Of a stretch of DNA of 64,000 nt, positions 11,201 to 21,620 are shown piece by piece. Position 1 is the first letter of the stretch. Each line of letters begins with the position of its first letter. This DNA is from Flavobacteriales bacterium (GTDB lineage: Bacteria > Bacteroidota > Bacteroidia > Flavobacteriales > UBA7430): positions 115,555-179,554 of the forward strand of contig NZJX01000011.1 in NCBI GenBank assembly GCA_002692065.1, written 5' to 3'. Under the pieces are notes generated by a model. It saw nothing but the letters and a program-made list of their open reading frames with translations, had not been told where the DNA came from and did no database searches. Position numbers and translations under genes: made by a program.

Positions 11201-12434
11201 TTTCTTTTTGTAAATTAATAAATATTGAATACATTATTGAAAAATACAACACCCCCACCTGTCTCTCAAAAACACTCTCGGTGAGAAATCCAAAAAAAGA
11301 AATAGATAAAAAAATAAAAGCAATATCATTAGGCTGAACTTTAAATAATGGATATATAACTAGATATAAAATCAAGCTGAAACCAATAAACCCAAGCTCA
11401 GCAAATGATTGCATAAATTGATTATGGTAATTAAAATTTCTCTTATAAATCAACTCCATTTCAGATCCATTCCAGAGTTTTACTTGATTGCTTTTTAATC
11501 TTGATTTTAAAACATTATCAGCCATATCTACCCCAAGACCTAAAATAAAATTTGATTTGATAATACTAGCGCCTATGTTCCATATATACGCCCTTGGGTT
11601 TGTGCTTCTTTGATTTTTTTGTATGAGAAAGGATTTAGCCTCTACAGCCAAGTCTTTAAACCTATTTTTTGAGTATTTATTTGAAAATATTATCAGTAAA
11701 GAAAATAGTGTAAATGAAAAAAAAGTTGCTAGAGGTCTTATTCTTTGATTTTCTAAAAACCGATTAATTAGAATAATTGTATATGTTACAATCATTATTA
11801 TAATAAAGATTCTTGACAAGAGTAATAGTATAGAGAGAATAATTAATGTTAAATAGAAATACCAAGCTTTATTTTTTTTATAAGAGTTATTATATATTTT
11901 TCTTTCGATTAAAAAGAAACTTGTCAAATATATCCATGATTTATAAAATGCCTGATTGGTCATTAGATGTGTGAGATCTTTATAAAAAAAACTGCCTGCA
12001 TGGTTAAACAGAATATTATCAATTAATGAACCGAGCAAGTCTATAGTGGCTGAAATTAAAACTATTATTAGAAAAAAGTTTATTACATAATTCAATTTCT
12101 CCTTTGACAAAAACCCCTTATACATTGTAAATATTGGAATCAATAGTAATGGTAGTTTTAAAATAAAATCTTTTAACACAAATTTATAATTTAGCGAACA
12201 TGCCCCTCTTATCACTAGTGTCAAAAAAAATAAATTTAATACCACTATAATGCTTAAATAATTATATTTTATTTTAAACCCATTTTGATATAAATGAATT
12301 ATAAAAATCGACCCTAAATATAAAATACTAGTGAATGTTAAACCTTTAATTGTATCTGATATAAATATTGATACAAAAGCCAATATAAGCGCTGTTATTC
12401 TGTGGTGGTCTAAATTAGCACTTACTCTAATCAT
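11187..12434 (-). CDS. O-antigen ligase / Wzy_C family polytopic membrane protein
   Basis: About 10 or more hydrophobic segments. Periplasmic-loop motif YHNQFMQSFAELGFIGF is typical of O-antigen ligase-like proteins. Confidence 0.6.
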   Translation of the reverse strand: MIRVSANLDHHRITALILAFVSIFISDTIKGLTFTSILYLGSIFIIHLYQNGFKIKYNYLSIIVVLNLFFLTLVIRGACSLNYKFVLKDFILKLPLLLIPIFTMYKGFLSKEKLNYVINFFLIIVLISATIDLLGSLIDNILFNHAGSFFYKDLTHLMTNQAFYKSWIYLTSFFLIERKIYNNSYKKNKAWYFYLTLIILSILLLLSRIFIIIMIVTYTIILINRFLENQRIRPLATFFSFTLFSLLIIFSNKYSKNRFKDLAVEAKSFLIQKNQRSTNPRAYIWNIGASIIKSNFILGLGVDMADNVLKSRLKSNQVKLWNGSEMELIYKRNFNYHNQFMQSFAELGFIGFSLILYLVIYPLFKVQPNDIAFIFLSISFFGFLTESVFERQVGVLYFSIMYSIFINLQKEINLQ

Positions 12435-14076
12435 TTATCGATAAAATTGAATAATATTTTGCAGTATCAGATAAAACTGAAATAGACTCTAATACGGCTT
12501 CATCATAATTTAACGATGACTTAATGGCCCCCTCTCTGTAATGGCTCCTTACTAAAAGCTCCTGAGAAATATATTTTAAAATTTCATCTTTATGTTTATA
12601 TATATCATTTTTCTTTAAATCATTTAATAATTTTTCAACGTCACTCAATGGGTCTTGCAGCTTTGAGTATTCTTTTTTAGACACTTCCACTAAATCCGAA
12701 AAAGATTGCTCTGTCTGTGTTTTATACTTTAAGTCTTTATCTGAAACAAAATCAACAAAGTTCTCATAATTTATATAATCATCTTTTTGATCAAAATCTA
12801 TGGGAAATGTATCATTCAATAAAAAATATTCTGTGGCATAATCAAAAATTAGTTGATTAGAAATTAATGAAATTAAAATTTCAGGAGCTTCTGTAATTTT
12901 AATACGAATATCTGGGTCTATCCCCCCTCCGTCGTAGACTTTTCTTCCATTTAGAGTATAAAACTCATTTTTTAATGAGTCTGGAGTTTTTCCAACACTA
13001 CCATTTTTGTTTTTATTTGAATAGTCTAATGCTTGTATGCATCTTCCACTTGGGGTATAATATTTTGCAACTGTAACTTTTAATTGAGAATTGTAACTTA
13101 ATTTTCTAGTCTGCTGCACAAGACCCTTTCCAAAACTTTTCTGACCAATTATTACAGCCCTATCAATATCTTGGAGAGTGCCTGAAACTATTTCTGAGGC
13201 TGAGGCTGATGATTGATTAATTAAAATAACCAATGGTATTTCTTTATCTACGGGTTCTTGTCTTGTTTTATATGATTTATCCCAGTCATCTATTTTTCCT
13301 TTTGTTGAAACGACTTCTAAACCTTTAGCCATAAATAAATTACAAATATTAATTGATTCGTTTAGTAGCCCGCCAGGATTACCTCTCAAATCTAAAATTA
13401 AACCTTGTAAGTTATTTTGTTTCTTTAAACTTAAAATCGCTCTTTTCACCTCATTGGCGCAGTTTCTAGTAAAGCTTCTTAGCTTTATGTACCCTATATT
13501 GTCTGAGACAACACCCTTGTATGGAATAGAATTAACTTTTATTTTATCTCTAGTTAGTTTTTTTGTTAGATATTCACTATTACCCCTTCTTTCTATTAAT
13601 ACTTCTACGCCTATTCCTGGCTGCCCTTTCAAAATAGAGCTAACCTCCTCTGTTGACTTTCCCTTAACTGAATTTCCATCTATTTCAATTAATTTGTCTC
13701 CCGCAACTAAACCCGATATATCAGCTGGGAAGCCTTTATATGGCTCAACAATTATAACGTAGTCATCTTTTTTTCTAATTACAGCCCCTATTCCTCCATA
13801 TTGTCCTGTTGTTTGAAATTTAAAATCTTCAATATCTGACTCTGGAATATATGTGGTATACGGGTCTAACTCTTTTAACATTGAGTTAATAGCCGTCTCT
13901 ACCATTTTTGCGGGCTGAACTTTATCCACATAAAAAATATTAACTTCTTTGAATAAAGTATTGAAAATATCAAGATTTTTACTGACTTCAAAATATTCTG
14001 TGTCATTTGAAAATGAAATTAGAATGCTTGAGCATAAAGCTAAAGGAAGTAGAAATAAAAAAAACTGTTTCTTCAT
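12427..14076 (-). CDS. ctp: S41 carboxy-terminal processing peptidase
   Basis: PDZ region, RGNPGGLL and SASASEI catalytic motifs. The ATG at 14076 (MKKQFFLFLLPLALC, a signal peptide) is preferred over the track start at 14109, which would overlap yidD. Confidence 0.85.
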   Translation of the reverse strand: MKKQFFLFLLPLALCSSILISFSNDTEYFEVSKNLDIFNTLFKEVNIFYVDKVQPAKMVETAINSMLKELDPYTTYIPESDIEDFKFQTTGQYGGIGAVIRKKDDYVIIVEPYKGFPADISGLVAGDKLIEIDGNSVKGKSTEEVSSILKGQPGIGVEVLIERRGNSEYLTKKLTRDKIKVNSIPYKGVVSDNIGYIKLRSFTRNCANEVKRAILSLKKQNNLQGLILDLRGNPGGLLNESINICNLFMAKGLEVVSTKGKIDDWDKSYKTRQEPVDKEIPLVILINQSSASASEIVSGTLQDIDRAVIIGQKSFGKGLVQQTRKLSYNSQLKVTVAKYYTPSGRCIQALDYSNKNKNGSVGKTPDSLKNEFYTLNGRKVYDGGGIDPDIRIKITEAPEILISLISNQLIFDYATEYFLLNDTFPIDFDQKDDYINYENFVDFVSDKDLKYKTQTEQSFSDLVEVSKKEYSKLQDPLSDVEKLLNDLKKNDIYKHKDEILKYISQELLVRSHYREGAIKSSLNYDEAVLESISVLSDTAKYYSILSIND

Positions 14077-14086
14077 AATTTTATTT

Positions 14087-14299
14087 TTAAGGTAATGGGT
14101 CGTAGCCACTTCCGCCCCATGGGTGGCAATTAAGGACTCTTTTAAATATAAACGTTAATGCTTTAAAAAAATTATACTTTTTAAGTGCCGCTATTGAGTA
14201 ACTTGAACATGTTGGTGTAAACCTACATGTAGGAGAAAATAAAGGAGATATTAGCCTTTGATAAAACTTTATAAAAAGAATAAAAAAATAATTAATCAT
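14087..14299 (-). CDS. yidD: Membrane protein insertion efficiency factor YidD
   Basis: 70 aa, with the [11 protein letters not shown] and [10 protein letters not shown] motifs. Adjacent to rnpA, as in many bacteria. Confidence 0.85.
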   Translation of the reverse strand: MINYFFILFIKFYQRLISPLFSPTCRFTPTCSSYSIAALKKYNFFKALTFIFKRVLNCHPWGGSGYDPLP

Positions 14300-14669
14300 T
14301 TAATTGATGAATTAAAATATTAAAGATTGCTTTTAATGAAACTATTGTTTCAATATATGGTTTTCTTTTTGAATTATAAATTAATACTGCTTGTAATTTC
14401 GTGTTAGTATTATTGTATATAAAATTTTTAAAAGTTCTGTATGCTTCTTTTATTTTTCTTTTGATTAAATTTCTATCTACAGCTCTTGGAAAGTTTTTTT
14501 TAGGTACACTTATTCCTAATCTCAGAGGAAAGCGCTGATTAACCTTTTGATTGGTTTTTTTCCAAATTAATATGAATTCTTCGTAATATATTTTCTTTCC
14601 ATTTTTTAAAATTTCCGAAAAAAAAACCTTATTGTTTAACCTCTCTTCCTTACAAAATGTATTTCTCAT
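14292..14669 (-). CDS. rnpA: Ribonuclease P protein component
   Basis: 125 aa basic protein with an RNase P-like core ([19 protein letters not shown]). Conserved rnpA-yidD synteny. Confidence 0.75.
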   Translation of the reverse strand: MRNTFCKEERLNNKVFFSEILKNGKKIYYEEFILIWKKTNQKVNQRFPLRLGISVPKKNFPRAVDRNLIKRKIKEAYRTFKNFIYNNTNTKLQAVLIYNSKRKPYIETIVSLKAIFNILIHQLND

Positions 14670-14688
14670 AATAACTTTTTACAAAAAA

Positions 14689-15438
14689 TTACTTTTTTTT
14701 ATTTACTTTATTCAAATACTGCTCTAAAGCCATAGACATTGAGGGGGCTGTCTTGGTTGGGGCTTCTATATTAACTTTTAAGCCTACTTCTTTTGCTGCT
14801 TTGATAGTTGTTTTTCCAAAAGCGGCAATTCTTGTGTTATTCTGAATGAAATTCGGAAAATTTTTTTTAAGCGATTTTATTCCTGATGGGCTAAAAAATA
14901 CTAATAAATCATAAAAAACATTTTCAAGGTCGGATAAGTCGCTGCAAACTGTTTTAAATAAAATTGCTCTTTTATAATTTATATCATTTTTATCTAGTTC
15001 ATTTGGTATTGTTTCTTTCAATAAATCAGAAGAAGGGAGTAAAAACTTTTCATTTTTATGTCTATTTATTAAATCGATCAAATCAGAAAAGTCATGACTT
15101 CCATAATATATTTTTCTTTTTCTGTATGTTATATATTTTTGTAGATATAGAGCTATTGCTTCAGATAAACAAAAATATTTCATTGTCGAGGGCACTTCAA
15201 ATCTCATTTCTTCAGCAACTCTAAAATAGTGATTTACAGCGTTTCTGCTAGTTAATATGACGGCGGAGTGATCAGTAAAACCAACTTTTTGCTGCCTAAC
15301 TTGAGAGGCTGAAAGGTTCTCTAAATGAATAAAGGGCCTAAAGCTAATACTAACTTTTTTTTTTCTTGCTAACTCAAAATATGGAGAAGCGCTATTAACC
15401 GGTTGGGGTTGGGAAATTAAAATAGATTTTACTTTCAA
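14689..15438 (-). CDS. Uroporphyrinogen-III synthase-like (HemD family) protein
   Basis: 249 aa. The N-terminus ILISQPQP...SPYFELARKKKV...FRPFI is typical of the Bacteroidota HemD-like family. Sits next to a DUF4271-like gene, as in other Flavobacteriia. Confidence 0.65.
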   Translation of the reverse strand: MKVKSILISQPQPVNSASPYFELARKKKVSISFRPFIHLENLSASQVRQQKVGFTDHSAVILTSRNAVNHYFRVAEEMRFEVPSTMKYFCLSEAIALYLQKYITYRKRKIYYGSHDFSDLIDLINRHKNEKFLLPSSDLLKETIPNELDKNDINYKRAILFKTVCSDLSDLENVFYDLLVFFSPSGIKSLKKNFPNFIQNNTRIAAFGKTTIKAAKEVGLKVNIEAPTKTAPSMSMALEQYLNKVNKKK

Positions 15439-15474
15439 AACTAATTTGTTTGATTATAGCCTTTTTAGGATAAA

Positions 15475-16116
15475 CTAAACACTCAAGTTAATTCTTATCC
15501 ACAAAAAAGGCATTAATTCAAGAAGGCAAAAATACAAAATAATATAAAATATTCCTAAACTATAATTTCTTGAAAAATATAATCCTGTAAATACCTTGGA
15601 AATTAAATAACTGATAAACGAAAACTTAAATAAAAAAGTTAAATTATCAATATTTAGCTTATTATTTAAAAAATATATTATTGTAAGAAAAACAATTGGA
15701 GTAAAAAAATAATTGAAAAAAGATAATTCATAATTAACAAAACGCTTAAATATATTTTTACTCTCAAATAAAACACCCAAAATGAAGGCTATAAACCACC
15801 TAATTATGGCTATGAAAACTATTGTAAATAAAACCTTATAACTCCCCTCTAGTATGTTTTTTGAAAAATAATTCAAATACGCCTTTAATATATAAAATAA
15901 AATGTATGCAGTTTGAATTGTGGTTAATACAGGAAAAATTATGTTTTTTTTGTACCCCTCTTGGGCTCTTAAATATTCATTACTATAAATTAGTTTTAAA
16001 TACGACAATACTAATTTTCTATTATCATAGTATAAAAAAAGATATATCATTAAAATAAAAAAAAACATAACTAACTCCAAACTTGACTGTGGTTCTTTTC
16101 TTAAGATTTCTTTCAT
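15475..16116 (-). CDS. Polytopic membrane protein, DUF4271-like
   Basis: About 6 TM segments, and a conserved position beside the HemD-like gene in Flavobacteriia. The family assignment is from memory and was not searched. Confidence 0.45.
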   Translation of the reverse strand: MKEILRKEPQSSLELVMFFFILMIYLFLYYDNRKLVLSYLKLIYSNEYLRAQEGYKKNIIFPVLTTIQTAYILFYILKAYLNYFSKNILEGSYKVLFTIVFIAIIRWFIAFILGVLFESKNIFKRFVNYELSFFNYFFTPIVFLTIIYFLNNKLNIDNLTFLFKFSFISYLISKVFTGLYFSRNYSLGIFYIILYFCLLELMPFLWIRINLSV

Positions 16117-16207
16117 TTAAATATTTTTATGCCCAATCAATATAAATTAGAAGATTCTTTGTTAATATAAATTAACAATAATAACTTTGTAAAAATATTA
16201 AATTTTA

Positions 16208-17386
16208 ATGTATATGGATTTATTTGAATCTCCTGATTATTATAATATAGAATCATTATTTTCTGAAGAACACATTATTGTAAGAAACTCGACAAGGGAT
16301 TGGGTAAAAAGAAATGTTTCTCCTATTATAGAAAATGCATGTCAAAGTTCTAAATTTCCTAAACAAATTATTTCTGGGCTAGGTGAAATTGGAGCTTTTG
16401 GGCCATATATTCCTGAAAAATATGGTGGAGCAGGCCTTGATCAAATCTCATATGGCTTAATAATGCAAGAATTAGAAAGAGGAGACTCGGGAATTAGGTC
16501 AACCGCTTCGGTTCAATCCTCATTGGTAATGTTCCCAATTTTCGAATATGGAAGCGAAGAACAGAAATTAAAATATCTACCAAGACTTGCCTCTGGCGAA
16601 ATTGTTGGGTGCTTCGGTCTAACTGAGCCTGAATTTGGCTCAAATCCCGCTGGAATGCAATCTAATTTTACTGATAAAGGGGATTATTATCTTTTGAACG
16701 GTTCTAAAATGTGGATTTCTAATGCTCCATTTGCTGATATTGCAATAGTTTGGGCTAAAAATGAACAAGGAAGAATTGAAGGTTTAATAGTAGAAAGGGG
16801 CATGGAAGGGTTCTCAACTCCGAAAACTGAAAATAAATGGTCTTTAAGGGCTTCTGATACGGGAGAGCTAGTTTTCGATAATGTAAAAGTTCCAAAAGAA
16901 AACCTTTTACCTAACAAAAGTGGTTTAGGTGCTCCTCTTGGTTGTTTAGATTCTGCTAGATATGGGATAGCATGGGGAGGAATTGGAGTTGCAATGGACT
17001 GCTACTTCACAGCTCTTAAATACTCAAAAGAACGGGTTCAATTTGACAAACCTATAGCTGGCTTTCAGCTTCAGCAAAAGAAGCTTGCTGAAATGATCAC
17101 CGAGATCACCAAAGCGCAGCTACTAACTTTAAGGTTGGGTCAACTTAAAAACGAAAAGCGAGCTACTTCAGCTCAAATATCTATGGCAAAAAGGAATAAT
17201 GTTGAAATTGCTATTAAGATTGCTAGAGATGCAAGACAAATTTTAGGGGGAATGGGAATAACTGGAGAATACCCAGTTATGAGGCATATTATGAATTTAG
17301 AATCAGTTGTTACTTATGAAGGAACTCATGATGTCCACCTTTTAATTACTGGTCTTGATATAACAGGGCTTAATGCCTTCAAATAA
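16208..17386 (+). CDS. Acyl-CoA dehydrogenase, glutaryl-CoA dehydrogenase-like
   Basis: GLTEPEFGSNPAGM, WISNAPFADIAIVWA, and the C-terminal YEGTHDVHLL motif characteristic of the ACAD/GCDH family. Confidence 0.85.
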   Translation: MYMDLFESPDYYNIESLFSEEHIIVRNSTRDWVKRNVSPIIENACQSSKFPKQIISGLGEIGAFGPYIPEKYGGAGLDQISYGLIMQELERGDSGIRSTASVQSSLVMFPIFEYGSEEQKLKYLPRLASGEIVGCFGLTEPEFGSNPAGMQSNFTDKGDYYLLNGSKMWISNAPFADIAIVWAKNEQGRIEGLIVERGMEGFSTPKTENKWSLRASDTGELVFDNVKVPKENLLPNKSGLGAPLGCLDSARYGIAWGGIGVAMDCYFTALKYSKERVQFDKPIAGFQLQQKKLAEMITEITKAQLLTLRLGQLKNEKRATSAQISMAKRNNVEIAIKIARDARQILGGMGITGEYPVMRHIMNLESVVTYEGTHDVHLLITGLDITGLNAFK

Positions 17387-17387
17387 A

Positions 17388-19166
17388 TTAATTCATAAAA
17401 TTAACAAGCTCTTTTTTTACTTTATTTACTTTAAATTTTAAATCTCTAAGAGTTTCTTTTATTTCTCCATGTGATCTAATTTTTTTACATATAGAAAAAT
17501 AAAACTTGATCTTTGGTTCTGTTCCTGAAGGCCTGATTGAAACCTTCAATCCTTCTTCTGTTAAAAATTGAAGCATATCTGTTTTAGGAAACCCCTTATA
17601 ACTTAGATAATCTCTTTTTTCTGAAATTTTTTTATTCAAAATTTTTCCAGGAAATTTCGTTCTAAAACCTTGCATCAAATTTTTAATCTCTTGATTTCCT
17701 TTTTTTCCTTTTTTAACAAATGACATCATATCCTCATAAAACACACCATAATTTAAATATATTTCATGGAGAAATTTTATAATACTGGTTTTATTTTCGT
17801 TTAACCAAGCGTACATTTCTGAGATAATTACTGAGGCTGTTACTGCATCTTTATCAAGGACATAATTGCCCATTAAATACCCGTAGCTCTCCTCTGCAGC
17901 GAATAAAAATTTCTTTTTATTTTTATTTTCTAAAATAACATTTGCCATATACTTAAAACCAGTTAAAGTTTCATGTGTTATAATATCATATCTTGACGCC
18001 ATCTCTTTTAACAAGTCCGAAGTAACCACTGACTTTATTATGTAATTATTTGCCTCAAGCCTATTTTGATCTTTAAGATTCAATAGTAAATAATTTAATA
18101 TCAATGCGCCTGTTTGATTTCCATTTAGCAATATATACCCCTCTTCGTTATCTTCTTTTACCGCGACACCAACTCTATCTGAGTCTGGGTCTGTTCCAAA
18201 AACTAAATCAATATTGTTTTTTTTAGCTAATTTAATTGCTAAATTCAGTGCTTCAGGCTCTTCAGGGTTTGGAGAGATGACTGTGGGAAAGTCTCCACTT
18301 ATTAAATCTTGTTCTTTAGTCGTTAAAATGTTATTAAAGCCAAGGTATTTCAAAGCTTTTGGTATTACCTTAACCCCAGTCCCGTGAAGACCTGTATATA
18401 CGATTTTAAGCTGTTTTGATGATGTGTTTTTTGAAAATGAATATTTGAGCTCTTTTATTTTAGTAAAAAAATCTTGATCAATATTTGGAATTGAAACTTT
18501 TACCAACTTTGCTTGTTTAACTGGATCTTGAGTTGTTGTATTATTAAATTTTCTATTTAAACTCTGTTTTAATTGAAAGTTGAATTTTTTTAAAAACTCA
18601 AATACTTGAAGAAAGCTTATTTGATTTATTATATCTATGAGTATAGTGTCTTTTGGCGATGTAATTTGATTGCCCGGCTTATCAAAAACTTTTAACCCAT
18701 TATACTCTTTTGGATTATGAGATGCAGTAAATACCAAACCTAAATCACACTTTTTTTCTATAACTAAAAATGACAACATTGGAGTGGGCTTTAATTCTTC
18801 AAAAATCTCTACTTCAATGTTATTCAAATAAAAAACTTTAGCCGCTAGTTTTGCAAAAAATTCTGATTTATTTCTAGAATCATATGCAATTGCTATACAA
18901 GGGCGCTCCTTCTTTTTTAGATTTAAATTTCCTAATAAGAATCTAACTATACCTAAGCAAGCTCTTGAGACAGTATATTTATTTATTCTATTTGAACCAA
19001 CACCCATTACACCCCTCATTCCACCTGTACCAAAGTCTAAATTTCTATAAAAAGAATCCTCCAGCTCTTCAGGGTTGTTTATTAAAGATTTGATTTTTCT
19101 TTGATCCGACTTATCCTCTATGTTGTCTAACCAAAATTCTGCTTTTTTAATTAATTGACTGATCAT
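17388..19166 (-). CDS. Phospho-sugar mutase (phosphoglucomutase/phosphomannomutase family)
   Basis: Active-site loop TASHNPKEYNGLKV, metal loop GTDPDSDRVG, sugar-binding EESYGY. Confidence 0.85.
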   Translation of the reverse strand: MISQLIKKAEFWLDNIEDKSDQRKIKSLINNPEELEDSFYRNLDFGTGGMRGVMGVGSNRINKYTVSRACLGIVRFLLGNLNLKKKERPCIAIAYDSRNKSEFFAKLAAKVFYLNNIEVEIFEELKPTPMLSFLVIEKKCDLGLVFTASHNPKEYNGLKVFDKPGNQITSPKDTILIDIINQISFLQVFEFLKKFNFQLKQSLNRKFNNTTTQDPVKQAKLVKVSIPNIDQDFFTKIKELKYSFSKNTSSKQLKIVYTGLHGTGVKVIPKALKYLGFNNILTTKEQDLISGDFPTVISPNPEEPEALNLAIKLAKKNNIDLVFGTDPDSDRVGVAVKEDNEEGYILLNGNQTGALILNYLLLNLKDQNRLEANNYIIKSVVTSDLLKEMASRYDIITHETLTGFKYMANVILENKNKKKFLFAAEESYGYLMGNYVLDKDAVTASVIISEMYAWLNENKTSIIKFLHEIYLNYGVFYEDMMSFVKKGKKGNQEIKNLMQGFRTKFPGKILNKKISEKRDYLSYKGFPKTDMLQFLTEEGLKVSIRPSGTEPKIKFYFSICKKIRSHGEIKETLRDLKFKVNKVKKELVNFMN

Positions 19167-20004
19167 AAGGTTTCTTTTTAAAAAAAATATTTAAAACAAC
19201 ACCAAGTAATAGTAAAAATATACCAAATAATGCTTGGATAGAAAATTTTTCGTCAAATATAAAATATCCAAATATCAAAGCAAAAATTGCTCCGATATAT
19301 TTAAATATCATAATACTTCCTGAAGGTTGTGACTGTATACCTTTTGTCATATAAATTTGAGCAATTTGAGAAAAAAAACCAACACAAATTAAATAGAAAA
19401 ACTCCTCCTTAGTGGGAAATTTCCAATTGAAAAATGATAATATTGACATTATTGGTGTTGATATTAAGGGAAAATAAAAAACTGTTACTAAATGATGATC
19501 TGTGTTTTTTAATTTTACTATACAGAAATAAGCTAATCCGGAAAAAACTGAAGAAATAATTCCAACCATCACATAATTAATTGGAATTTGATTTGATTCA
19601 TCAAACCCTTTTATAAACACAACGCCAATGAATGAAACAAAGAAAAAAAGCCATTGTTGGGGGGTTATTTTATCTTTTAAAAAAATAGACGTAAAAATAA
19701 TTGTAAATATTGGAGATAAATATTGTATTATGACAGCTATTGCAAGTGGAGTTTTATGTAAAGTAATGAAAAATAGAGTTAATGCGATTGTTCCGAATAC
19801 ACCCCTTAAAATTAAAATTTTTTTATTCCTACCAAAAGGCTTTATATTTTTATGCCTTAATAAAACTATCATGTATATTAATGAAAATATTGATCTAAAA
19901 AAAACTAGCTCAAAAACAGGAATTCTATTTAGCTCTTTAACTAAAACATTCATTAATGAAAACATTAATGCAGCAAATATCATATACCACGGTCCCTTGT
20001 TCAT
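19147..20004 (-). CDS. EamA/DMT family transporter
   Basis: Ten predicted TM helices in two repeated halves, typical length 285 aa. Confidence 0.75.
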   Translation of the reverse strand: MNKGPWYMIFAALMFSLMNVLVKELNRIPVFELVFFRSIFSLIYMIVLLRHKNIKPFGRNKKILILRGVFGTIALTLFFITLHKTPLAIAVIIQYLSPIFTIIFTSIFLKDKITPQQWLFFFVSFIGVVFIKGFDESNQIPINYVMVGIISSVFSGLAYFCIVKLKNTDHHLVTVFYFPLISTPIMSILSFFNWKFPTKEEFFYLICVGFFSQIAQIYMTKGIQSQPSGSIMIFKYIGAIFALIFGYFIFDEKFSIQALFGIFLLLLGVVLNIFFKKKPYDQSIN

Positions 20005-20076
20005 ATTAAGTAAACTATAAGATATTAATTAACATTAATGTTTATTTCGAAAAACAAAATTATTATCTTCGTTAAA

Positions 20077-20664
20077 ATGATTAAAACAAACAGAAACTAT
20101 CAGTCTCATCATTCTGCTATAATTGAAGATGGCTGTCAGATTGGAAGTGGCACTAAAATTTGGCATTTTTCTCACATAATGAAAAGCTGTATTATAGGAG
20201 ATAACTGTTCTCTTGGCCAAAATGTGGTTGTTTCTCCAAAAGTAATTATTGGCAATAATGTTAAAATTCAAAATAATGTATCTATTTTTACTGGCGTGAT
20301 CTGCGAAGATAATGTTTTTTTAGGTCCCTCTTGTGTCTTTACTAATATAAAAAACCCTAGGTCAGAGATAAACAGAAAAGATTCGTTTGTGTCTACAATA
20401 GTTTCTTCTGGAGCATCAATTGGGGCGAACGCAACTATTATTTGTGGAATTACTATTGGTAGATATTCTATGATAGGTGCTGGTGCTGTTGTCACAAAAA
20501 GCGTTTCTCCTTATGCTCTTGTTCAAGGAAACCCGGCTAAACAAGTGGGTTGGGTAAGTGAGTGTGGTGAAAGGTTAAATTTTAAAAACTCTCTAATTTC
20601 AACATGTGAGGTTTCAGGTGAAAAATACATTTTGAATAATAATAATATAAAAAAAATACAATGA
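20077..20664 (+). CDS. Left-handed beta-helix N-acetyltransferase (WbpD/WlbB-like sugar N-acetyltransferase)
   Basis: Hexapeptide repeats throughout. Motifs KIWHFSHI and GNPAKQVGWVSECG resemble UDP-2-acetamido-3-amino-dideoxy-glucuronate N-acetyltransferases. The internal ATG at 20077 is preferred over 20038. Coupled (ATGA) to a Gfo/Idh/MocA gene. Confidence 0.7.
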   Translation: MIKTNRNYQSHHSAIIEDGCQIGSGTKIWHFSHIMKSCIIGDNCSLGQNVVVSPKVIIGNNVKIQNNVSIFTGVICEDNVFLGPSCVFTNIKNPRSEINRKDSFVSTIVSSGASIGANATIICGITIGRYSMIGAGAVVTKSVSPYALVQGNPAKQVGWVSECGERLNFKNSLISTCEVSGEKYILNNNNIKKIQ

Positions 20665-21620
20665 GGTTTGCTCTGATGGGTTTAGCTGGATATGTTGCTA
20701 AAAAGCATGTTTTTTCAATAAAGAAAACTAACAACTTTTTAGTAGCTGCAATGGATCCAAATGACAATGTTGGATTTATTGACAGTTATTTTGATAATGT
20801 TACTTTTTTTACAAAGTTTGAAAGATTTGACAGGTTTATTGAAAAACTAAATAATGCTAACGATGGAATAGATTATATTTCTGTATGCACCCCTAATTAT
20901 TTACACGACTCTCATATTAGATCTGCTTTAAAATGGAACTCTAATGCTATATGTGAAAAACCGCTTGTTTTGAGCCCATGGAATTTAGATTCTATAAGCA
21001 GGCTGGAAAAAACTTTTAATAAATCAGTTTATCCTATACTTCAATTAAGGCTTCATCCGAGTATAATAAAACTAAAAGAAAAAATCACAAACTGTTCTAG
21101 AGCAAAAATTTATGATGTTGAATTAACTTATATTACCCCACGAGGTCCTTGGTATTATTCATCTTGGAAAGGGCAAAGTTCTATGTCTGGCGGAATTGCC
21201 ACAAATATAGGAATTCACTTTTTTGATATTTTAATTTGGATCTTTGGTTCTGTTAAAAAAAGTATTCTCCATATCAAATCACATGACAGGTGTTCCGGTT
21301 TTCTTCAACTTGAAAAAGCAAACATTCGTTGGTTTCTATCTATTGACAAGTTTACCCTTCCAAAAGAGACTGAAAATTCCAAAGCGTACAGGTGTATAAA
21401 AATAGACAATGAAGTTTTTGAATTCTCTGACGGTTTTGAAAATTTACACCTAGACTCATATAAAAATATTCTTTCAAATAATGGCTTTACCCTCGATGAC
21501 GCTAGGCCCTCGATAGAAATAACTCACAAAATTCAATCAAGCAATGCAATTGGCTTAAAGGGGGAATATCACCCTTTTTCTAAACTAATATTTAACAATC
21601 ATCCATTTAAACATATATGA
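20661..21620 (+). CDS. Gfo/Idh/MocA family oxidoreductase (WbpB-like)
   Basis: N-terminal Rossmann region, VCTPNYLHDSH and CEKP motifs. ATGA overlaps with both neighbours. Confidence 0.75.
   Translation: MRFALMGLAGYVAKKHVFSIKKTNNFLVAAMDPNDNVGFIDSYFDNVTFFTKFERFDRFIEKLNNANDGIDYISVCTPNYLHDSHIRSALKWNSNAICEKPLVLSPWNLDSISRLEKTFNKSVYPILQLRLHPSIIKLKEKITNCSRAKIYDVELTYITPRGPWYYSSWKGQSSMSGGIATNIGIHFFDILIWIFGSVKKSILHIKSHDRCSGFLQLEKANIRWFLSIDKFTLPKETENSKAYRCIKIDNEVFEFSDGFENLHLDSYKNILSNNGFTLDDARPSIEITHKIQSSNAIGLKGEYHPFSKLIFNNHPFKHI

Noticed and set aside
15495-15503. A perfect DnaA-box consensus TTATCCACA.
   Set aside because: It is a single copy inside the 3' end of a coding region, with no clustered boxes or adjacent AT-rich unwinding element. 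One 9-mer match in 128 kb of two-strand sequence is plausible by chance.
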